DNA of 64,000 bases from Patescibacteria group bacterium (GTDB lineage Bacteria; Patescibacteriota; UBA1384; 2-12-FULL-50-11): positions 384,771-448,770 of the forward strand of contig JBBUAP010000001.1 of the NCBI GenBank assembly GCA_038058635.1, given 5' to 3'. How positions within the stretch are numbered: position 1 is the first letter of the stretch; each line of letters starts with the position of its first letter. This document shows, piece by piece, positions 27,087-34,968 of the stretch. A program made the translations under genes and the position numbers. The notes beneath the pieces were generated by a model. It had not been told where the DNA came from. It saw only the letters and a program-made list of their open reading frames with translations, and ran no database searches.

Positions 27087-27731
27087 ATGACCATCGATGT
27101 CCTAACACTCTTCCCCGATTTAATTGACCAAGCTCTGGGCCATTCTATTCCCGCCCGAGCCCAGAAAGCTGGTCATATTGATATTCGAGCCCATCAACTG
27201 CGGACTTGGGCAATCGATCGTCATGGCACCGTCGACGACACGCCGTATGGCGGTGGTCCGGGGATGATTTTGCGGGTTGATGTCACTCATGCCGCGCTCG
27301 GAGCGCTTGATCACAGTCATAAAGCTCACCGGATTATGCTCTCTCCCGATGGTGATTTGTTTGATCAGCAGATGGCCGAAGATTTTGCGGCGAAAAAGCG
27401 ATTAATTCTACTCTGCGGTCGTTACGAAGGATTTGACGCCCGAATCGAAAAGTATGTCGATCAAAAAGTCTCGATCGGTTCATTCGTTCTTTCCGGTGGG
27501 GAGTTAGCCGCTCTAACGATCATCGACACGGTTACCCGTCTTATTCCGGGTGTTCTAGGCAACGCCGAGTCGCTCAAGGAAGAGACCTTCGAAGCCGATT
27601 TAACGGAATACCCGCAGTTTACCCGCCCGGAAATGTACAAAGGCATGACAGTTCCAGATGTGCTCCTGTCTGGCCATCACGCCGAAATCCAAAAATGGCG
27701 CGACTCCCAACGGCGTAAACTTGCTTCTTGA
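27087..27731 (+). CDS. trmD: tRNA (guanine37-N1)-methyltransferase
   Basis: SPOUT-fold TrmD motifs (IDVLTLFP, LLCGRYEGFDARI, LSGGELAALTIIDTV). Confidence 0.9.
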   Translation: MTIDVLTLFPDLIDQALGHSIPARAQKAGHIDIRAHQLRTWAIDRHGTVDDTPYGGGPGMILRVDVTHAALGALDHSHKAHRIMLSPDGDLFDQQMAEDFAAKKRLILLCGRYEGFDARIEKYVDQKVSIGSFVLSGGELAALTIIDTVTRLIPGVLGNAESLKEETFEADLTEYPQFTRPEMYKGMTVPDVLLSGHHAEIQKWRDSQRRKLAS

Positions 27732-28039
27732 ATCAATATTCTATATTCTTGGTACAGATGAGATCCTTACAGGACGAAATCCGGAAAGCCCAACAAGAAT
27801 TGACCTGTCCAGTTTGCGGTCGGATGTTCGAGTTGCGCGATATTCATATTCGGGCCTATGAGCTAAATAAAGCCGTCGAGCTTTCAGTTACCTGCAGTCG
27901 GGGGCATTTTCCGATCATTCTACTCGTGCCGTTGACGCTCAAGGATTTGGTTAAGGCCGGACCGATATCACCCTCCGAACTTAAACTTATCCACGCCGAG
28001 GTAGATTCCTTGCAGACCACTCTGGAAAAAGTCTTTTAA
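27728..28039 (+). CDS. hypothetical small protein with CxxC...C...H zinc-ribbon-like motif
   Basis: CPVCGRMF...CSRGH. Possible later start at 27758 (MRSLQD). Confidence 0.35.
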   Translation: MNQYSIFLVQMRSLQDEIRKAQQELTCPVCGRMFELRDIHIRAYELNKAVELSVTCSRGHFPIILLVPLTLKDLVKAGPISPSELKLIHAEVDSLQTTLEKVF

Positions 28040-28059
28040 ATCAGTTATAATTTTTCCTA

Positions 28060-28788
28060 ATGGAATCAGTGGCCTTAGCCGCCCGCTCGCGAGAGCTGAC
28101 CGGCAAAAAAGTTAAGACACTTCGGCTCAAGGGAGATATTCCTGGTGTCGTTTATGGTCACGGTTTAGACTCGACCCCAATCGTGGCGGAAAAAGTTGCC
28201 CTGAAGAAAGCTTACGCCAAGGCCGGTAGCGGTACTTTGGTCGATTTGACGATCGGTGAGCAAAAACCGATCAAGGTGCTTTTTCACGAACCCCAGTTAC
28301 ACTACTTAAACGGTGAGCCAATCCACTTCGACCTTTACGCCGTCAAGATGGACGAAGAGATCGAAACAACCATTCCAATTATCTTTGTTGGTATCTCGCC
28401 AGCCGTCGACGAGCTCGAAGGTAACTTCATCGCCAACCGCGACGAACTGACCATCCGCTGTTTGCCGGGCAACCTAATTCCGAATGTCGAAGTCGACATC
28501 TCTATTTTAAAAACCTTTGACGACTCTATTAAGGTTAGCGATATTCAAGTCCCGGAAACCGTCCAAATCCAAGACGAAATGGAAGAGACGGTCGCCTTGG
28601 TATCGGCACCGCGAAGCGAAGAAGAGCTGGAAGCTGAACTAGCCGAAGACAAAGCCGCCGAAGTTGCCGCTGTCAGCGCTCTCGGCGAAGAAGCTCCTGC
28701 CGCCGAAGGCGAAGCAACTGGAGGCGAGACCCCTGTCGAAGGTGACAAACCCGCTGCCCCAGCCGAACCTGCCGAAAAACCCGAATAA
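28060..28788 (+). CDS. rplY: 50S ribosomal protein L25 / general stress protein Ctc with Ala/Glu-rich tail
   Basis: L25 beta-barrel N-domain (TLRLKGDIPGVVYGHG) and the Ctc-type C-domain. Confidence 0.8.
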   Translation: MESVALAARSRELTGKKVKTLRLKGDIPGVVYGHGLDSTPIVAEKVALKKAYAKAGSGTLVDLTIGEQKPIKVLFHEPQLHYLNGEPIHFDLYAVKMDEEIETTIPIIFVGISPAVDELEGNFIANRDELTIRCLPGNLIPNVEVDISILKTFDDSIKVSDIQVPETVQIQDEMEETVALVSAPRSEEELEAELAEDKAAEVAAVSALGEEAPAAEGEATGGETPVEGDKPAAPAEPAEKPE

Positions 28789-28807
28789 ACTCTAAACTAA
28801 CAAACCG

Positions 28808-28834
28808 AAAAAAGGAGCATCCGCTCCTTTTTTG
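28808..28834 (+). terminator. rho-independent terminator (bidirectional A-tract/hairpin/T-tract)
   Basis: aaaaaa-GGAGC-atcc-GCTCC-tttttt read directly downstream of rplY. Confidence 0.6.
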
Positions 28835-28841
28835 GTCGCTC

Positions 28842-28872
28842 TTGACGAACAGAGAGAGAGAGAGAGTTAAAT
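28842..28872 (+). promoter_or_regulatory. sigma70-like promoter TTGACG-N19-TTAAAT whose spacer is an (AG)8 dinucleotide tract
   Basis: -35 at 28842-28847, (AG)8 at 28851-28866, -10 at 28867-28872, AAGGAGG SD at 28883-28889, ATG at 28895. Confidence 0.35.
28851..28866. repeat. (AG)8 simple sequence repeat
   Basis: agagagagagagagag read directly. Confidence 0.95.
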
Positions 28873-28894
28873 GGCAGTATTAAGGAGGTTGAAA

Positions 28895-29500
28895 ATGGAA
28901 AACGAAAAAGGCCCATCACCACAGGAAGATTTAGGTGAATCAAAGCAGGAAGTATCAGGCAGCAAACTTGAGCTTGAAGAAGGTGCAGATCAGCATGCGG
29001 AAGAGCTGCGCCGTCATCTGGATACAGAAAATTGGAGCAATTTAGATCTTATGGATTCCAAAAGCGAATTAAAGTCTTGCAACGAGGCTGTGAAGCAACT
29101 AGATGAGAACATTAGAATCATAGGATCGACACGCATCGATAGTGATCTGTTTGCATGGAAGAATGTAGGTGAACGTCAGTGGTCGCCGGATTCGGATCGT
29201 TATCGCAGGGATTATGATAGAAAACAGTATGTTAGCGAAAGTCTAGCCGAACTCGAGAAACTACGGGAAAAGCTAATAAAAGAATTGGAACACCGTCGGG
29301 ATGACTTTCAAACTCGTGCTCACTATGCGGAGGAGAGTATTGAAAAAGAGAAACTTGAAATAAAGGACCATGTAAAAGGTAAACACGAGGAAGAATTTAG
29401 CGAATTGCAGAACGCCGAGTGGAAGCCCGTCCCAGTCGAAGACGGTGCCGAACCCGCTCCCGCCGAAGACCCACCAAATACTAACGAGAAAACAAACTGA
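28895..29500 (+). CDS. hypothetical highly charged coiled-coil-like protein
   Basis: About 200 aa, E/K/R/D-rich. Strong SD. No signal peptide or known domain. Confidence 0.5.
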   Translation: MENEKGPSPQEDLGESKQEVSGSKLELEEGADQHAEELRRHLDTENWSNLDLMDSKSELKSCNEAVKQLDENIRIIGSTRIDSDLFAWKNVGERQWSPDSDRYRRDYDRKQYVSESLAELEKLREKLIKELEHRRDDFQTRAHYAEESIEKEKLEIKDHVKGKHEEEFSELQNAEWKPVPVEDGAEPAPAEDPPNTNEKTN

Positions 29501-29681
29501 CAGATCTTACTGTCAGGAAGCAACCACCGGCGAAACCTCGCCGGCGGTAGCTTCATATATCAAAATAACAATCAAAGAATCGCCACAGAGTTCTTATGTG
29601 GTATACCACATTATAACTCTGAATAATTGGAGCCACCTCGGGGAATTGAACTAGGCGCCCATACTTTACGGAGAATAAGTG

Positions 29682-29753
29682 AGCCGGAGGCGGGGATTGA
29701 ACCCGCGACTTGCTGTTTACGAAACAGCTACTCTACCACTGAGTTACTCCGGC
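29682..29753 (-). tRNA. tRNA-Thr (anticodon CGT)
   Basis: The reverse complement folds as GCCGGAG-TA-ACTC-AGTGGTA-GAGT-A-GCTGT-TT-CGT-AA-ACAGC-AAGTC-GCGGG-TTCAATC-CCCGC-CTCCGGC-T. Confidence 0.8.
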
Positions 29754-29882
29754 ATTCATCGCTTTACCACTGCCTGCCCAGCTTCAAGCGCACCGCGTGA
29801 CAGAATGTAATTCTGTAAGCTGGTAAGCTTCGGGGCTGGGAGCTACGCTAGCAACCTCTACCATTTTACCTCGATAGACCAT

Positions 29883-29922
29883 AAAAAAGAATCGCCCCCC
29901 TACCTATGGTAGTTTGGGGCGA
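29883..29922 (-). terminator. rho-independent terminator of the zinc-ribbon gene
   Basis: On the minus strand: CGCCCC(A)-[CTACC-ATA-GGTAG]-GGGGGGCG followed by ATTCTTTTTTAT. Confidence 0.5.
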
Positions 29923-30236
29923 GAGTGACGAAATTCGAGCTGAACCACCTCGGGCGGGTTGTCGCTGTCTAAGACGTCGGCGATCACATCGATTGCGTCG
30001 ACAGCGCGTCCTCTGATTTTCAACTTCCCGTTGGCCGTTGTTTTCTCCCAGGTGATTTCACACTTGGGGCAATCATAGAGTATGACACTACCGTGTTCCT
30101 TCGCAATCTGTGATCTACTGGAGTCTGGCGGAAGGGGGTTTTGATCGGCGAACTTACCGATCCTTTCCTCCTCCATCTTGGTTCCACAATTCGGGCAAAA
30201 GCATTCCATAGCGGCCTCCTCGAAAGAGCTAAACAC
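29904..30236 (-). CDS. hypothetical zinc-ribbon protein
   Basis: CPNCG...CPKC pair. Has its own terminator. Overlaps an alternative-frame ORF (30020..30256), which I judged spurious. Confidence 0.45.
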   Translation of the reverse strand: MFSSFEEAAMECFCPNCGTKMEEERIGKFADQNPLPPDSSRSQIAKEHGSVILYDCPKCEITWEKTTANGKLKIRGRAVDAIDVIADVLDSDNPPEVVQLEFRHSRPKLP

Positions 30237-30274
30237 AGCTTAGCGTTTATTGACAAAATGTCAACACGGGTGAG

Positions 30275-31042
30275 CTACTTCAGGGCTTTGCGGAAGGAGA
30301 GCATGGTGAAGGTAACGAAGACTACAAACATCCCACCGGCGGCCAGGAAGGCATAACCGATGTCTGGGCTACCCCAGCCATCTAAGACCAGCGCCCTAAT
30401 ACCTTCAATGATATGAGTGACGGGGTTGTAGTCGGTGATGGTGGCGAATGTTGACGGCAGTAACTCGCGCGGAGTTTGGGAAGTGGTTAGATATAAGAGC
30501 GGGAAGACAAGAATGAATAGCGATTGAACCAGCCGGGCATTTTGGGTTCGCAGAGCGCTAATCATACCGATACAACTCCAGGCCATCGCAAAAATGATCA
30601 GAATCGCAAATATTGCTAAGACCCCCAGGAAGCCGGACTGAATCCTCACCCCCCAAAGCAAAAGTAGGGTTAACATGATGATTCCTTGGCCCAATGATTG
30701 GACGGCGATTTCTGCTAATTTAGCTAAGACTATCGCCAAACGGTTAATTGGCATTATGATCAATTTTTTGAAATAACCACTCTGAATATCTTGAACCAAC
30801 TCAATGCCGGCATTACCAGCCGAAAAGAAAATCGCGGTAAATATTGCCACCGGCGCGATGAAATCTTTGTACGATACATCTGGGAAACCCGGGACTTGAG
30901 CGAGAGCAGAAAGCGATAGCGAGTTAACAGCAAAGAAGAAAATTGGCATAAAGAACGGTGGCAGTAACGCCAAAAGAGGCCGCCATATTAATTTGATGTT
31001 GCGGATTGAAAGGTAATACCAGTCACTGAAAAATGTATTCAT
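30275..31042 (-). CDS. ABC-2 type transporter permease
   Basis: Six-TM ABC-2 family topology. 4-nt overlap with the ATPase gene. Confidence 0.75.
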   Translation of the reverse strand: MNTFFSDWYYLSIRNIKLIWRPLLALLPPFFMPIFFFAVNSLSLSALAQVPGFPDVSYKDFIAPVAIFTAIFFSAGNAGIELVQDIQSGYFKKLIIMPINRLAIVLAKLAEIAVQSLGQGIIMLTLLLLWGVRIQSGFLGVLAIFAILIIFAMAWSCIGMISALRTQNARLVQSLFILVFPLLYLTTSQTPRELLPSTFATITDYNPVTHIIEGIRALVLDGWGSPDIGYAFLAAGGMFVVFVTFTMLSFRKALK

Positions 31043-31839
31043 GATCGTGCTCTCGTAAATGGGTCGGGAGCATTGGCGTTGACTTCTTCGTCGCCCAAAT
31101 TGCTACCAGTGGTTTTCAAGAAAACTTCTTCCATATTCTTGGCGTTATGTTTCTTCATCAACTCGGCCGGTGACCCCTCGGTGACGATCTTGCCCTTGTC
31201 CATAATCTCTATTCGGTCACAGAGTTCTTGGGCTTCGTCCATGAAGTGAGTGGTAAGGAAAATCGTCATCCCCTCTTTATTTAATTGACGCAAATGGGCC
31301 CAAATTAGCTGACGAGCGTGCGGGTCGAGACCTTGAGTTGGTTCGTCTAAGAAAAGAATTTTTGGTTTATGGATTAGCGAGAGAGCTAGGTCAAAGCGGC
31401 GACGCATACCGCCGGAGTAAGTGGAAGTAAATTTGTCGGCGACTTTTTCTAGCTCAACCAATTTCAGGAGTTTGGCAATCTGGGCGTCAATCTCTGATGG
31501 GGGCATATGATAAAGTCGGCCATGGAGCTGCATCATTTCGCGGGCGGTGGCCACTTCGTCTAAACCAACCTCCTGCATCGCGAAACCAACTCGCTTGTAG
31601 ATTTCGTCCAAGTTTTCTTCGAGTTTCAGGCCATCGATAACAACCGAACCAGAAGTTTTCTTGACTAAATTGACTAGCATATTGATGGTAGTCGTTTTAC
31701 CAGCGCCGTTCGGGCCTAAGAAACCGTAGAATTCGCCATCTTTGACGTTAAACGAAATTCCCCGGACGGCTTCGGTGCTACCAGGGTAGGTTTTGGTTAA
31801 GTTTTTGACCTCGATGATGTCAGAACTTTTTGCGCCCAT
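31039..31839 (-). CDS. ABC transporter ATP-binding protein
   Basis: Walker A GPNGAGKTT, signature YSGGMRRR, Walker B ILFLDEPT. Confidence 0.9.
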   Translation of the reverse strand: MGAKSSDIIEVKNLTKTYPGSTEAVRGISFNVKDGEFYGFLGPNGAGKTTTINMLVNLVKKTSGSVVIDGLKLEENLDEIYKRVGFAMQEVGLDEVATAREMMQLHGRLYHMPPSEIDAQIAKLLKLVELEKVADKFTSTYSGGMRRRFDLALSLIHKPKILFLDEPTQGLDPHARQLIWAHLRQLNKEGMTIFLTTHFMDEAQELCDRIEIMDKGKIVTEGSPAELMKKHNAKNMEEVFLKTTGSNLGDEEVNANAPDPFTRARS

Positions 31840-32089
31840 GTTTTAACAGTCTAGCGATGACCGCATGTAATGTAAAGGCCGCCGGCCACCTGTTTTTTGC
31901 TTGTTTTTCTAAAGAAATTAGTCCAAACATATCCTTTGGTCGTAGGTTATGCCAATGACCACCAACATAGTAGGGGTGTAGGTTGTGGTCATGATGATGT
32001 TTTGGATAGTCGGCATAGGGTCGGTTGGGTACCAGAGACACATCGGTGCGCATCCTACTTAAAGAGGCACCGGTTAAATTTAGTTCCAC
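31820..32089 (-). CDS. hypothetical His-rich small protein (GTG start), upstream of the ABC exporter genes
   Basis: 89-aa ORF with YPKHHHDHNLHPYYVGGHWH. Co-oriented with the ABC genes and overlaps them by 20 nt. Weak SD. Coding status uncertain. Confidence 0.25.
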   Translation of the reverse strand: MELNLTGASLSRMRTDVSLVPNRPYADYPKHHHDHNLHPYYVGGHWHNLRPKDMFGLISLEKQAKNRWPAAFTLHAVIARLLKHGRKKF

Positions 32090-32137
32090 CTCAACTCTAG
32101 CAAAGCACCCCGGAGATGTTCCGGGGTCTTTGCTAGT

Positions 32138-32593
32138 TTAAAGGTTACCTTTGATTTTCTTAATAATCGCCGCAGCAACATCACCGCTAACTCCCAGGCT
32201 TGTGCTTCGAGCATAGTGATGGCCGAATTCATTATCTGTAAAAACTTGACTTCCAACTTCTACTACTTTGTCGTAACGCGGTCGGACATGCCAATGAATG
32301 TGTGGATTGTAGGGCTTGGTCTGGAAAGCGTTGTTTGTCAGGCAACTCCAGTTGAAGACGATAGCTCCAAAGACAGAACGAACGGCCGTTTCATATTTTG
32401 AAATTACTTCCTGCAAATCCAACCATTCGGTGCTAGTTAATTCGGCCAAATCTCCAGTATGGCGCTTGACGGTTACGAATGATCGCCCGAGATAGTATTG
32501 ATCGCTACGGTCGAGTGAAACTCGCCAAAATTTGGTTTCGAAAATTACATCCTGATCAATTGTTAGAACCTCACAAACTTCACATTTTTTCAT
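32138..32593 (-). CDS. HIT-family (histidine triad) nucleotide hydrolase
   Basis: HIT motif NPHIHWHVRP and the N-terminal CxxC of Hint-like proteins. Confidence 0.8.
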   Translation of the reverse strand: MKKCEVCEVLTIDQDVIFETKFWRVSLDRSDQYYLGRSFVTVKRHTGDLAELTSTEWLDLQEVISKYETAVRSVFGAIVFNWSCLTNNAFQTKPYNPHIHWHVRPRYDKVVEVGSQVFTDNEFGHHYARSTSLGVSGDVAAAIIKKIKGNL

Positions 32594-32739
32594 TGAGTAT
32601 ATTTACGACTGCGCTCGAGCCTACTTTACCAAAAACTCCCAAACTAAGGAAGCCGCCCCGCCTTCGCCTCAATTCATCGAGAATCTTGCATTATGATTAA
32701 TACACCTGTCATCTAGTTGACTTTTATAAGCATTTTGCT

Positions 32740-34476
32740 ATGATAGCAGGGTATTTGAGTAATGGGTTAGGCAAAAATAATATGGCAACAATTAAACTAG
32801 CTGAAATAGCGAGAAAACTTGGAAAGTCTGCAACAGACATCTCCAGAGATACTGGTATCAATCGCAACACTATCAATGCCCTTATGAAAGGGTCTGTTGA
32901 AGATGTTAAGTTTTCGACACTAGAAAAGATTTGTAAAATTTACAATATTCAAATTTCAGACATATTAGACGATGTCGATGTTTTGAATAAACATCAGGCA
33001 AAATCAAAACAAAAAAATGTTCGCAAGTTATATAAGCAGGAAGGAGAGATAGTTCCCTTTACCTGCTGGCCTTGGGCACTCGTTGCGGGTTCATTTACCT
33101 TAAAGCGAGATGAGGAAATAATAGATTTTGGCCAGCTAGATTTGTATTTTAAAGGGGATTACGGCATTGGCTACTGGGACCTTAATTCTCTTAAAAACGT
33201 AGCAAGCACTTTTTACGCATTTTACTCTGATAAGGATAAGTACTCTAAATTGTACGGTAAATATTTATATTACTCCGCCGAGATTGAGGACATATACCTT
33301 GAATCACACGAAATCGTTTCTAGGGAGCTGGATGATGTACAGATTAGATCAATTTTTGAAAAATTAAAGTCCGCTTATAAGGGGTTCTGGGACTACAGTT
33401 TGTTTATTGACGCTTTTGATACGGGTGTTGATCAAGAAAGAATTAATCAAATTGCAAAAGAGAAAAACTTGGATAAAAAATCGGTGGAGGTTCTTACCAT
33501 GCCGGTGGAAATGACTTTTGCTGACGAAAGAAAATACGCGTTTTTGTCTCTTATCGAAGATGCTTCAATAAGTACTAAAGATGCTGAAAAGTTTTTGGGA
33601 AAAAATAAAGATGCCATAGAACAATATCGGAAAAAGTTCGATTACTACAAGTCAAATTACACTCACATCAAGCATATAACTTTAGAAGAGATGAAAGACG
33701 AAGCTAACAAATATCTTGAGGATAAATCAGTTTTCAAAGAAGAATTCAAAAAGCTTGAGCAATACGAAAAAGACAAACATAGAGAGATCGACAAAGTACT
33801 CAAAAAACTACAGCTAAAAGAAAATCCGTTGTGGTTCTTTAGTAATTTGACTTACTGGAGAGAGCATCGAAAGAAAGTAAACTTAATGGGCATTCATGCC
33901 TTAGATTTCATTCTGTCTGCAATAGAAGACAAGACGGGCATACAAAAAAAATATTTACGTTATTTAAGTTTCGACGAGGTTGATAATGTTATCAAGGGAT
34001 TAATCCCAAGCTCCACATTGGAAAATCGATATAATGAAGGTGTTTTGATTACTATTCTCGGTAATTCATATAAAATATACGAGGGGGCAGAGGCGAACTC
34101 CATTAAAAAAGATTTAGAGAATATATTGTCGGGAGAAACGAATAAGACAAAGGTTATCACCGGCCAAACTGCTTCTCAAGGATATGCTAAGGGCATAGCG
34201 CGCATCATTCTTACCCAAGAAGATTTTTCTCGTTTTAAAGATGGCGAAGTCTTGGTTACGAGCATGACAAGACCAGAATTCGTGCCACTGATGAAAAAAT
34301 CGGCAGCCATTGTCACTAATGAGGGGGGAATTACTTGTCATGCCGCTATTGTTTCAAGAGAATTGGGAAAGCCGTGTATTATTGGAACAAAAGATGCAAC
34401 TCAGATGATAAAAGATGGCGATATGGTAGAGGTTCGAGCTAATCACGGTACAGTAAGAATATTAGAAACCAAATAA
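32740..34476 (+). CDS. HTH-XRE domain protein fused to a C-terminal PEP-utilizing-enzyme mobile (phosphohistidine swivel) domain
   Basis: N-terminal XRE-type HTH (IKLAEIARKLGKSATDISRDTGINRNTINALMKG), a roughly 350-aa K/E-rich middle region of unknown fold, and a C-terminal swivel domain (GIARIILTQEDFSRFKDGEVLVTSMTRPEFVPLMKKSAAIVTNEGGITCHAAIVSRELGKPCIIG). Strongly AT-rich relative to the window. Alternative start at 32782. Confidence 0.6.
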   Translation: MIAGYLSNGLGKNNMATIKLAEIARKLGKSATDISRDTGINRNTINALMKGSVEDVKFSTLEKICKIYNIQISDILDDVDVLNKHQAKSKQKNVRKLYKQEGEIVPFTCWPWALVAGSFTLKRDEEIIDFGQLDLYFKGDYGIGYWDLNSLKNVASTFYAFYSDKDKYSKLYGKYLYYSAEIEDIYLESHEIVSRELDDVQIRSIFEKLKSAYKGFWDYSLFIDAFDTGVDQERINQIAKEKNLDKKSVEVLTMPVEMTFADERKYAFLSLIEDASISTKDAEKFLGKNKDAIEQYRKKFDYYKSNYTHIKHITLEEMKDEANKYLEDKSVFKEEFKKLEQYEKDKHREIDKVLKKLQLKENPLWFFSNLTYWREHRKKVNLMGIHALDFILSAIEDKTGIQKKYLRYLSFDEVDNVIKGLIPSSTLENRYNEGVLITILGNSYKIYEGAEANSIKKDLENILSGETNKTKVITGQTASQGYAKGIARIILTQEDFSRFKDGEVLVTSMTRPEFVPLMKKSAAIVTNEGGITCHAAIVSRELGKPCIIGTKDATQMIKDGDMVEVRANHGTVRILETK

Positions 34477-34551
34477 ATATGGAAAATCCAGAAATATTTT
34501 CGTAACCAGGCACTCTAAAAGCCTAATGGCGACGACCTGGAATGCAAGTAG

Positions 34552-34900
34552 TATCTCGGTGTCTCTGAACAGGGCATAGAATTAGCCAGGGAACGCACAG
34601 AAGGAATTGCTTTCTCTGTTCACCCGGTAACACAAGATAAAAACCAACTCATCATTGAGGCAGGATTTGGACTCGAAGAAGCCATAGTTTCGGGACAAAT
34701 TACGCTGGACAGCTGTTCGTAGAAAAACAACTGCGATGGATCATTGACATCAATATCAACGAGCAAGAAAGAGTTTTATATAGAAAAGAAAATGGTGGTA
34801 AAGAATGGATAAATTTTGGAGAAAAAGGCCAACAACAGGTATTAGATGAAACACAGATCTTAGAACTTTCGGAAATTGTCCTCGTATCGAAAAGTCTAGT
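34552..34900 (+). pseudogene. frameshifted, truncated remnant of a PPDK_N (PEP/pyruvate-binding ATP-grasp) domain gene
   Basis: Frame A (34552-34719) encodes GIAFSVHPVTQDKNQLIIEAGFGLEEAIVSGQITLDS, matching the PPDK_N consensus SGVMFT.DP.TG...I.A.WGLGE.VV.G.V.PD. After a 1-nt frame change, frame B continues FVEKQLRWIIDININEQERVLYRKENGGKEWINFGEKGQQQVLDETQILELSEIVL. There is no start, an internal stop, and no C-terminal end. Confidence 0.4.
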
Positions 34901-34904
34901 TCTT

Positions 34905-34968
34905 GAGCGGGTGAAGGGAATCGAACCCTCGTCTCAACCTTGCCCGTCCTCCGCAGTAGCAGACACAG
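34905..34968 (-). other. tRNA-like 3' fragment (T-arm + acceptor 3' strand without matching 5' half)
   Basis: The reverse complement ends GAGGG-TTCGATT-CCCTT-CACCCGC-T, a canonical T-arm and acceptor strand. Only 64 nt separate it from tRNA-Gly, and no complementary 5' acceptor (GCGGGTG) exists. Confidence 0.3.

Noticed and set aside
30020-30256. 78-aa minus-strand ORF overlapping the zinc-ribbon gene in another frame
   Set aside because: The 110-aa frame has the paired CxxC motifs and a terminator. This frame is Arg-rich out-of-frame noise.
31897-32100. 67-aa plus-strand His-rich ORF
   Set aside because: It is the mirror image of the minus-strand His-rich ORF. The minus orientation matches the ABC operon, so the plus frame was dropped (both remain weak).
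34905-34968. Possible seventh complete tRNA or tmRNA 3' end
   Set aside because: Only 64 nt are available before tRNA-Gly. No 5' acceptor strand complementary to CACCCGC exists, and no anticodon arm can be folded. A tmRNA would need about 350 nt of upstream sequence, which is occupied by tRNA-Gly.
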